Made by a program: the position numbers and the translations under genes. From Candidatus Eiseniibacteriota bacterium (GTDB lineage: Bacteria; Eisenbacteria; RBG-16-71-46): 40,149 nt of DNA. The notes beneath the pieces were generated by a model. That model did not search any database, was not told the origin of the DNA, and saw only the letters and a program-made list of their open reading frames with translations. Of this stretch, positions 7,303 to 14,382 are shown in pieces. Location of the stretch: the NCBI GenBank assembly GCA_034678345.1, contig JAXDBZ010000038.1:1-40149 (forward strand), given 5' to 3'. Within the stretch, counting starts at the first letter, position 1. Every line of letters begins with the position of its first letter.

Positions 7303-8448
7303 TCACTTCGCCAGGGCTTCGAGCCGCCGCGCCAGATCGGGGGTCTTGGCCACGGCCAGCAGGGCCATGATGACGTACATCTTGTACTGCGCCTGGCGGG
7401 CGACGTTCACGGCGTGCTGCTTCATCACGCCGTGCGACACCTCGTCACCGATGTCGGCGGGCAGCGGGTGCATGTAGAGCGCGTTCCCGCCCTTCGTCAG
7501 CCCCATGCGCCGCTCGTCGCAGATCCAGTCCTTGTGCGCGGCGTTCCCGGCCAGCGCCGCCTTCTCGATCTCCGCCAGCTTCGCCTTGTCCTTGGACTTG
7601 TTGGCGGCCACGCGCGCGAGCATGAGGTCGTAGGGGCCCCAGGACTTGGGATAGACGATGTCGGCGCCCGCGAAGGCGTCGTCCATCGAGTTCGTGACGC
7701 GGAACGAGCCGCCCGAGGCCTTCGCCGCGGCGTGCGCGTACTCCATCGTGTCGGGCATGAGGTGGTAGCCCTCGGGGTGGGCGAGCACGACCTCGGCGCC
7801 GAAGCGGGTGAACAGCATCGAGCAGCCCTGCGCCACCGACAGCGGTTTGGCGTAGGAGGGCGAGTAGGCCCAGGAGACGGCGATCTTCCTGCCCTGCAGG
7901 CCGCCCGGGTGGCATTCGCGCATCCACATCAGGTCGGCCATGGTCTGCGTCGGGTGGTCGATGTCGCACTGCAGGTTCACGACCGGGACCTTGCGCGGGT
8001 CCTTCACCGCGGCCAGGTAAGCGTCGATACCCTGGGCGACGTCGCGCATGAAGGAGTTGCCCTCGCCGATGATCATGTCGTGGCGCACGCCCAGCGCGTG
8101 GGAGTTCATGCCCAGCATGGCGCCGGTCTCGACGGCGGTCTCGCCGTGCGAGACCTGCGTCGAGCCGCCATCCACGATGACCGGGCTGAGGCCGAGTCGG
8201 GCGCAGGCGCCCGCCCACGCCGACTTCGTGCGCGTGGACTGGTCGAAGAACAACGCCCAGCCCAGCTCGTCCTCGAACAGGGCGGTGGACCGGCCGGCGT
8301 AGTCGAGGCCGGCGAAGCGGCCGATCACCGCCATGAGCGTCTCCAGCTCGGGCGTCGTCCAGTCGCGCGTCAGCAGCATGTTGCGGCCGAACAGCGCGTC
8401 CAGGGCGGCCTGGGCGGGGACCGGCGGCAGGGTCGTCACGGGGCTCAT
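7303..8448 (-). CDS. ygeW: YgeW-type (knotted) carbamoyltransferase family protein
   Basis: I trimmed the 981-aa track ORF to the ATG at 8448, which is preceded by GAAGGAG. Transcarbamylase motifs: FFDQSTRTKSAW (STRTx carbamoyl-phosphate loop), GVRHDM, CDIDHPTQTMADL (HPTQ), YMHPLPA. The 382-aa length and overall layout fit the YgeW subgroup better than ArgF or PyrB. The subgroup assignment is by eye only. Confidence 0.75.
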   Translation of the reverse strand: MSPVTTLPPVPAQAALDALFGRNMLLTRDWTTPELETLMAVIGRFAGLDYAGRSTALFEDELGWALFFDQSTRTKSAWAGACARLGLSPVIVDGGSTQVSHGETAVETGAMLGMNSHALGVRHDMIIGEGNSFMRDVAQGIDAYLAAVKDPRKVPVVNLQCDIDHPTQTMADLMWMRECHPGGLQGRKIAVSWAYSPSYAKPLSVAQGCSMLFTRFGAEVVLAHPEGYHLMPDTMEYAHAAAKASGGSFRVTNSMDDAFAGADIVYPKSWGPYDLMLARVAANKSKDKAKLAEIEKAALAGNAAHKDWICDERRMGLTKGGNALYMHPLPADIGDEVSHGVMKQHAVNVARQAQYKMYVIMALLAVAKTPDLARRLEALAK

Positions 8449-8606
8449 GCGGGCTCCTTCTGCGGGTGCGGGAGCCGGCGGGCCGGGAGGGCCCGGCCGG
8501 CGCCACGGGATGGCAGCGCGCGGGAGAGCGCGGGTACGAAAACGGCCCGACATCCTACCCCGCGGGCCGGGGGGCGTCCACCCGGGCCGCGCCGGCGCGC
8601 GGGGGT

Positions 8607-8635
8607 TTGCCCGCCCCGGGCGTGTCCCGTATCCT
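8607..8635 (+). promoter_or_regulatory. Candidate sigma70-like promoter for the plus-strand PLP/carbamate kinase operon
   Basis: TTGCCC (8607-8612), a 17-nt spacer, then TATCCT (8630-8635). It sits about 40 nt upstream of the ATG at 8677, which is preceded by GGAGAAGGAG. Confidence 0.3.
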
Positions 8636-8676
8636 TCACCCCTTATACCACCCCGCGCGGGGAGAAGGAGCCGCTC

Positions 8677-10155
8677 ATGCCGTCGAAGCACACCATCAAC
8701 GAAGCCGTCCTCGCCCGGGCCGTGGCCCGCTGCCGCGAGCGCAACATCATCATCCCCACCTTTGCCGAGCAGAAGGACCCGGCGCTCGTGCCCGCGCCGA
8801 TCCGCAAGCGGCTGGCCGGCGTCGGGCTGTGGGACGTCAACCCGCTCAACCTGTACCGCATCACGTGGAAGAACGAGCCGAAGGCGAAGGGTGGGCTGTA
8901 CAACCAGGGCAACTGGATCGAGTTCCCGCCCGAGCTGACCGGCGTCCCCGCACGCATCGTCGGGCTGGTGGGCAAGTACTTCCCGACCGGTGCCCACAAG
9001 GTCGGCGCCGCCTTCGGCTGCCTGGTGCCCCGGCTGGTGAGCGGCGAGTTCGACCCCGAGAACCACAAGGCGGTCTGGCCCTCGACCGGGAACTACTGCC
9101 GCGGCGGCGCCTTCGACTGCGCCCTGCTCGCCTGCAAGGCCATCGCCATCCTGCCCGAGGGCATGTCGCGCGAGCGCTTCGAGTGGTTGCACGAGATCGG
9201 CACGGACGAGGTCATCGCCACGCCCGGCACCGAGTCGAACGTCAAGGAGATCTACGACAAGTGCTGGGAGCTGCGGAAGACGCGCGGCGACGAGGTCCTG
9301 ATCTTCAACCAGTTCGACGAGTTCGGGAACGCGGTCTGGCACTACACCATGACCGGCTCGATCATCGAGGAGATCCACGAGCGGATCCGCCGGCCCGACG
9401 ACCGCCTCGCCGTCTACGTCTCGGCCACGGGCTCGGCCGGCACCATCGCCGCCGGCGACTACCTGCGGACGAGGTTCCCGCACCTCAAGGTCGTGGCGAC
9501 CGAGGCGCTGCAGTGCCCGACGCTGTTCGCCAACGGCTATGGCGCGCACCGCATCGAGGGCATCGGCGACAAGCACGTGCCCTGGGTGCACAACGTGCGC
9601 AACACCGACATGGTCGCGGCCATCGACGACGAACAGACGATGAGCCTGCTGCGCCTGTTCAACGAGGAGACCGGCATCGAGTTCCTCGCCGGCCAGGGAC
9701 TGAAGGCCGACTTCCTGAAGAGCCTGCCGCTGCTCGGCATCTCCAGCATCTGCAACCTGGTGGCGGCCATCAAGGCGGCGAAGTACTACGAGCTGGACGG
9801 TCGCGACGTGCTGTACACGGCGCTCACCGACTCGATGGAGCTGTACGACTCGCGCAAGCAGGAGTTGCGCGACGAGCGCGGCCCCTACACCCGCGAGCAG
9901 GCGGCCATGGACTACGCGCGCTACCTGCAGGGCGCGGGAACGGACTACCTGCAGGAGCTGGGCTACCGCGACCGCAAGCGGCTCCACAACCTGAAGTACT
10001 TCACCTGGGTGGAGCAGCAGGACAAGACCTCGGAGGAGCTCGCGGAACTGTGGGACCCGGATTTCTGGACCGGGATCTGGGCCCAGGTCCCCGAGTGGGA
10101 CGAGCGGATCCGCGAATTCAACGAACGCACCGGGCTGCTCCAGCAGCTGACCTGA
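8677..10155 (+). CDS. PLP-dependent enzyme of the tryptophan-synthase-beta/cysteine-synthase fold (PALP) with a ~150-aa helical C-terminal extension; specificity unknown
   Basis: 492 aa from the ATG at 8677, which has a strong SD (GGAGAAGGAG). Candidate PLP lysine in YFPTGAHKVGAAF (AAG at 8998-9000). Fold-type II markers: WPSTGNYCRGGAF, YVSATGSAGTIAAG, HRIEGIGDKHVP. The upstream part of the 1015-aa track ORF is Arg/Gly junk. Confidence 0.75.
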   Translation: MPSKHTINEAVLARAVARCRERNIIIPTFAEQKDPALVPAPIRKRLAGVGLWDVNPLNLYRITWKNEPKAKGGLYNQGNWIEFPPELTGVPARIVGLVGKYFPTGAHKVGAAFGCLVPRLVSGEFDPENHKAVWPSTGNYCRGGAFDCALLACKAIAILPEGMSRERFEWLHEIGTDEVIATPGTESNVKEIYDKCWELRKTRGDEVLIFNQFDEFGNAVWHYTMTGSIIEEIHERIRRPDDRLAVYVSATGSAGTIAAGDYLRTRFPHLKVVATEALQCPTLFANGYGAHRIEGIGDKHVPWVHNVRNTDMVAAIDDEQTMSLLRLFNEETGIEFLAGQGLKADFLKSLPLLGISSICNLVAAIKAAKYYELDGRDVLYTALTDSMELYDSRKQELRDERGPYTREQAAMDYARYLQGAGTDYLQELGYRDRKRLHNLKYFTWVEQQDKTSEELAELWDPDFWTGIWAQVPEWDERIREFNERTGLLQQLT

Positions 10156-10265
10156 GCCGCCGGACGGCCCCGCCGCCGCCGCGCCCCGCCCGATGGGCGC
10201 CGCGCGCGAGGGAGGCGGGGCGGACGCCCGCGGCGGCACGCACGGCACACGCGGAACGGGAGACC

Positions 10266-11216
10266 ATGACGAACGAGAAGAAGCTGGCGATCCTCGCCGT
10301 GGGCGGGAACTCGCTGATCATCGACGAGAAGCACCGGACGGTGGAGGACCAGTACGCCGCCGTCGAGGAGACGTGCCGGCACATCGCCGGACTGGTGAAG
10401 AAGGGCTACCGCGTGGTGGTGACGCACGGCAACGGCCCGCAGGTCGGCTTCATCCTGCGGCGCAGCGAGCTGGCCGCCCACGAGCTGCACGAGGTCCCGC
10501 TCGACTCCTGCGGCGCCGACACCCAGGGCGCCATCGGCTACCAGGTGCAGCGCGCCCTGTACAACGAGATGAAGGACTGGCCCGAGAAGCCCGTGGTCGC
10601 GACCGTGGTCACCCAGGTGCTGGTGGACCGCACGGACCCGTCGTTCCAGAAGCCCTCGAAGCCGATCGGCTCGTTCATGGACGAGGCGAAGGCGAAGCTG
10701 CACCGCGAGCGGGACAAGTGGGACATCGTCGAGGACGCCGGCCGCGGCTTCCGCCGCGTCGTCGCCTCGCCGCGGCCCCAGCGGATCGTCGAGCTGGAGG
10801 CCATCCGGCGCCTGCTCGAGAACGACATCCTGGTGGTGGCGGTCGGCGGCGGTGGTATCCCGGTGGTCGAGGACGAGCAGGGCCACCTGCAGGGCGCGGC
10901 TGCGGTCATCGACAAGGACCTCGCCACCAGCCTGCTGGCGCGCGAACTGAAGGCCGACGTGCTCATCATCTCGACCGCGATCGAGAAGGTCTGCCTGAAC
11001 TACCGCAAGCCCGACCAGAGGGACATCGACCGCATGAACCTGGCCGAGGCCAAGCGGTACCTGGCCGAGGGGCACTTCGCGCCGGGCAGCATGAAGCCGA
11101 AGATCGAGGCGATCGTCGAGTTCCTCGAGGCGGGCGGGACGCAGGCGCTCATCACCGACCCGCTGCACCTCGTGCCCGCGCTGGAGGGGAAGACGGGCAC
11201 CTGGATCATCGCATGA
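10266..11216 (+). CDS. arcC: Carbamate kinase
   Basis: 316 aa. Matching segments: KLAILAVGGNSL, VVVTHGNGPQVG, DSCGADTQGAIGY, RRVVASPRPQRIVE, VVAVGGGGIPVV, AVIDKDLATSLLA, FAPGSMKPKIEA. This is a textbook carbamate kinase layout. The start was trimmed from the track ORF beginning at 8466. Confidence 0.9.
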   Translation: MTNEKKLAILAVGGNSLIIDEKHRTVEDQYAAVEETCRHIAGLVKKGYRVVVTHGNGPQVGFILRRSELAAHELHEVPLDSCGADTQGAIGYQVQRALYNEMKDWPEKPVVATVVTQVLVDRTDPSFQKPSKPIGSFMDEAKAKLHRERDKWDIVEDAGRGFRRVVASPRPQRIVELEAIRRLLENDILVVAVGGGGIPVVEDEQGHLQGAAAVIDKDLATSLLARELKADVLIISTAIEKVCLNYRKPDQRDIDRMNLAEAKRYLAEGHFAPGSMKPKIEAIVEFLEAGGTQALITDPLHLVPALEGKTGTWIIA

Positions 11217-12451
11217 CCACCGGCCGGGCCGCGCTGGCCGGGCTGCGCTGCGTGCGCTGCGGGACGCTCACGCCCGCCGCCGACGACCTCTACGTCTGCC
11301 CGGCCTGCGGCGCCAACACGCAGGTCGAGTACGACTACGACGCCGTGAAGCGCGACTGGTCGCGCGAGGCCCTGGCCGCCGACCGCGACCCGACCCTGTG
11401 GCGCTACCTGCCGCTGCTGCCGGTGAGCGCGCGGCTCGAGGGCCCGCCGGTGGGCGGCACGCCGCTCGTGCCGGCGCCGCGGCTGGCGAAGGAGTTGGGA
11501 CTCGCGCAACCGGTGCTGCTCAAGGACGACGGCCGCAACCCCAGCGCCTCGTTCAAGTGCCGCGCCAGCGCGGTGGCGCTGCGGCGCGCGCTGGACGTGG
11601 GCCGCACGCTGGTGACCGGCGCCTCGACCGGCAACGCCGCCTCGGCCACCGCCGTGCTCGCCGCCGCGCCGGGCATCCGCACGCGCATCTTCGTGCCGAA
11701 GAACGCGCCGCGCGCCAAGATCGCCCAGCTGCTGACCTTTGGCGCCGAGGTCCTGGCGGTCGAGGGGACGTACGACCAGGCCTTCGACCTGTGCCTCGAG
11801 GCGACGCGGCGCTTCGGCTGGTACAACCGCAACACCGGCTTCAACCCCTGGACGCGCGAGGGGAAGAAGACGGTCTCGTTCGAGATCTGCGAGCAGCTCG
11901 ACTGGCAGGTGCCGGACCTCGTCGTCGTGCCGGTGGGCGACGGCAACATCCTGTCGGGGGTCTGGAAGGGCTTCGTCGAGTTCCAGCGCCTCGGTTTCAT
12001 CGAGCGGCTGCCGAGGCTGCTCGCCGTGCAGGCCGAGGGCAGCGCCGCCATCGTGAACGCCGCCGCCGGCGACGGCGTCATCCGGCCGGTCTCGGGCGAG
12101 ACGGTGGCCGACTCGATCTCGGTGAGCCTGCCGCGGGACGGCGAGGCGGCGGTGCAGGCCATCCGCGCCTCGGGCGGCTTCGGCGTCACCGTGCCCGACG
12201 CGGCCATCCTCGCCGCCATCGGCGAGCTGGCGCGCGGCGCCGGCGTGTTCGCTGAGCCCGCGGCGGCGGCGACGTGGGCCGGCCTGAAGGAGGCGGTCCG
12301 GCAGGGCCGCGTGGACCCGGCCTGGCGCGTGGTGGCGCTCGTCACCGGCAACGGCCTCAAGGACGTGGCCGCGGCCATGAAGACGGCGGGGGAGCCGCGG
12401 GTCATCCCGCCCGACCCGTCCGTGCTGGACACGTTGTTCCCGGAAGGATAA
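11213..12451 (+). CDS. Threonine-synthase-like PLP enzyme (fold type II) with an N-terminal zinc ribbon; function not assigned
   Basis: 412 aa. The ATG overlaps the carbamate kinase stop (ATGA at 11213-11216). Zinc ribbon: CVRCGT...CPACG. PLP-lysine motif NPSASFKCRAS (11549-11569). Also TGASTGNAASA, VVVPVGDGNILSG and LVTGNGLKD. Confidence 0.75.
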   Translation: MTTGRAALAGLRCVRCGTLTPAADDLYVCPACGANTQVEYDYDAVKRDWSREALAADRDPTLWRYLPLLPVSARLEGPPVGGTPLVPAPRLAKELGLAQPVLLKDDGRNPSASFKCRASAVALRRALDVGRTLVTGASTGNAASATAVLAAAPGIRTRIFVPKNAPRAKIAQLLTFGAEVLAVEGTYDQAFDLCLEATRRFGWYNRNTGFNPWTREGKKTVSFEICEQLDWQVPDLVVVPVGDGNILSGVWKGFVEFQRLGFIERLPRLLAVQAEGSAAIVNAAAGDGVIRPVSGETVADSISVSLPRDGEAAVQAIRASGGFGVTVPDAAILAAIGELARGAGVFAEPAAAATWAGLKEAVRQGRVDPAWRVVALVTGNGLKDVAAAMKTAGEPRVIPPDPSVLDTLFPEG

Positions 12452-12518
12452 GAGGAGACGGTCATGGCGGCCGGCGTCGCGCTCGGCCGCCACCACCCAC
12501 GATCAAGGGAGAGGAACG

Positions 12519-13475
12519 ATGAGGAGCTTCATCGGACGTGACATCCTGTCGCTCAGGGACTTCGAGCGCGACGACTACACGCGCATCTTCCAGGTCTGCG
12601 AGCAGCTGGCGCCCGCCGCGCACAACCGCCGCAACATGGACCTGTGCAAGGACAAGACGCTGCTGACCGCGTTCTACCAGCCCAGCACCCGCACCCGCAT
12701 GTCCACCGAGGCCGCCATGCACCGCCTCGGCGGGCACGTGCTCGGCTTCTCCGACGCCAAGATGACCCGCGCCGGCGACTTCTACCAGGAGTCCATCCAG
12801 GACACCGTGCGCATGCTCGAGTACTACGCCGACGTCATCGCCATGCGGCACTACCAGCTCGGCGCGCCGGCCGAGGCGGCGAAGCACTCCTCGGTGCCCA
12901 TCATCAACTGCGGCGACGGCTGGGGCGAGCACCCCACCCAGGTGCTCACCGACCTGTACACGATCTGGCGCGAGCGCGGCACGCTCGACGGCCTGCGCTG
13001 GCTGTGCGTCGGCGACCACCGCATGCGCACCATGCACTCGATCGGCCACGCCGCCACCCAGTTCGACATGGAGCTGGACGTCGTGTACCCGCCCGACATG
13101 GCGCCGACCGAGGAGTTCAAGCAGGAGCTGCGCGGCCGCAACGTGCGCTACAACGAGTTCAAGAGCACCAAGGACTGCATCGCCAAGGCCGATATCATCT
13201 ACATCGAGCCGGTGGTGCAGGCCGACTACACCAAGTCGCGCGTGGACGCGGCCGACGCCAAGAAGGGTCTGACGCCGCCCGAGTACCAGATCACCCGCGA
13301 GATGATGCGCGACCTGGCCAAGCGGGACGCCATCGTGCTGCACTCGCTGCCGCGCATGGACGAGCTGCCCACCGACGTGGACCGCACCCGGCACGCCCGC
13401 TACTGGATCGAGGCGGCGAACGGCGTCGTGCTGCGCATGGCGCTCATCGCCCTCGTACTGGGGCGCGCCGAGTAG
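12519..13475 (+). CDS. Aspartate-carbamoyltransferase-like (PyrB-fold) transcarbamylase with a divergent second-substrate site
   Basis: 318 aa. Matching segments: FYQPSTRTRMS, IAMRH, GEHPTQVLTDL, VGDHRMRTMHS, LHSLPRMDELPTDVD, NGVVLRMALIALVLG. It is collinear with PyrB. However, the segment aligning with the PyrB aspartate-binding TRVQKER reads EPVVQAD (13206-13226). No pyrI or pyrC is adjacent. Confidence 0.8.
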   Translation: MRSFIGRDILSLRDFERDDYTRIFQVCEQLAPAAHNRRNMDLCKDKTLLTAFYQPSTRTRMSTEAAMHRLGGHVLGFSDAKMTRAGDFYQESIQDTVRMLEYYADVIAMRHYQLGAPAEAAKHSSVPIINCGDGWGEHPTQVLTDLYTIWRERGTLDGLRWLCVGDHRMRTMHSIGHAATQFDMELDVVYPPDMAPTEEFKQELRGRNVRYNEFKSTKDCIAKADIIYIEPVVQADYTKSRVDAADAKKGLTPPEYQITREMMRDLAKRDAIVLHSLPRMDELPTDVDRTRHARYWIEAANGVVLRMALIALVLGRAE

Positions 13476-13504
13476 CGGCTCCGGCAGGGGCTTACGCGCG
13501 TTCG

Positions 13505-13548
13505 GGGGCGGACCGGACCAGCTTTCGGCTGGTGCCCGGGTCCGCCCC
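13505..13548 (+). terminator. GC-rich hairpin downstream of the PyrB-like gene (candidate terminator)
   Basis: GGGGCGGACC (13505-13514) pairs with GGTCCGCCCC (13539-13548). An inner stem ACCAGC/GCTGGT encloses the loop TTTCG. Only a weak T tract (CTTTGG) follows. Confidence 0.45.
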
Positions 13549-13814
13549 GGCCTTTGGTGCCGGCGCACATCGGGTGTTCCCGGCGGCGCGGCGGGGGCGT
13601 AGAATCGGGGCCGTCGAGAGATGGGCCCTGCGGACCCGCCCGGGTACCGTGGGCCCGCGCGGCCGTCTCCCTGGCCGCTTTCTTCGCGTAACCGCGAGAG
13701 CATCCCCCGGGCGCTGCCCCCGAGTGTCCCGGACGATTCTCGGCCCCGTCCCCCGCAGAGGCCACATCCCGGCGACGCCCGTCGTGCGCCCGCCATCCCA
13801 CGAGGAGGATGATC

Positions 13815-14375
13815 ATGCCTCGGATCCTTCTCATCGCGCTCCTGATTCTCGCGCTCGCGTCCTGCTGGGCGGCCCCGGCGGCTGCGCCGCCGCCGGACTC
13901 GAAGGCATGGGGCAAGGTCAGCACCACCACCGGTCCGCCGCGACCGGGCGCCGCCGAAGAGCAACGCGCCAAGCTCGCGGGGCTGGATCCCCTCGTCCCG
14001 GGCCGGCAACCCGGGGCAGCCGGGCGAGCGCCGCGCGCGCGCTCGTTGGCGGAACTCCCGTCGCCGGAGCGGCCGCGCGCGGCGGGAACCTCGCGAACCT
14101 ACACGGGGCCCGAGCTGGCCGCCTGCGAGGCGCGCATCCGGGCCAAGCTCGAAGCCTCGGCGCGCGGGGCGCCCGCCGCGCGCTCACTCGCCGGGCTGAC
14201 GGCACCGCCCAAGTCCGCCGCGGCGCCCGTGCCGCGCGCCTCCTCTCCCGACCTCGGCCCGCGCACGCCGCCCGTCACGCGCACCGAGATCCCCGGCACC
14301 CCGCTGAACGACGAGCAGCGCGCGAAGCTCGCTCGCTCGCGCGCCGCCGTCCGCCCGGCGCCGGACCGCCCGTGA
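13815..14375 (+). CDS. Small secreted Ala/Pro/Arg-rich protein, probable lipoprotein
   Basis: GAGGAGG at 13802-13808 lies 6 nt before the ATG at 13815; the track start at 13809 is also possible. N-terminus MPRILLIALLILALASCWAAP has a lipobox-like LASC. Internal duplicated segments: EEQRAKLAGL / DEQRAKLARS and ARSLAELPSP / ARSLAGLTAP. The stop is 7 nt before the next gene. Confidence 0.6.
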   Translation: MPRILLIALLILALASCWAAPAAAPPPDSKAWGKVSTTTGPPRPGAAEEQRAKLAGLDPLVPGRQPGAAGRAPRARSLAELPSPERPRAAGTSRTYTGPELAACEARIRAKLEASARGAPAARSLAGLTAPPKSAAAPVPRASSPDLGPRTPPVTRTEIPGTPLNDEQRAKLARSRAAVRPAPDRP

Positions 14376-14382
14376 GGCCGCC

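Noticed and set aside
12519-13475. Annotating this gene simply as pyrB (biosynthetic aspartate carbamoyltransferase)
   Set aside because: The fold and the carbamoyl-phosphate motifs fit PyrB. However, the aspartate-binding positions look substituted in my by-eye alignment, and the context is catabolic-looking (carbamate kinase, no pyrI or pyrC). I therefore left the gene symbol empty.
13577-13605. TAGAAT -10-like box (13600-13605) upstream of the lipoprotein/repeat-protein operon
   Set aside because: The only -35 candidate at 17-nt spacing is TTCCCG (3 of 6 matches), and the box would imply a ~200-nt leader. It is possible but too weak to list as a feature.
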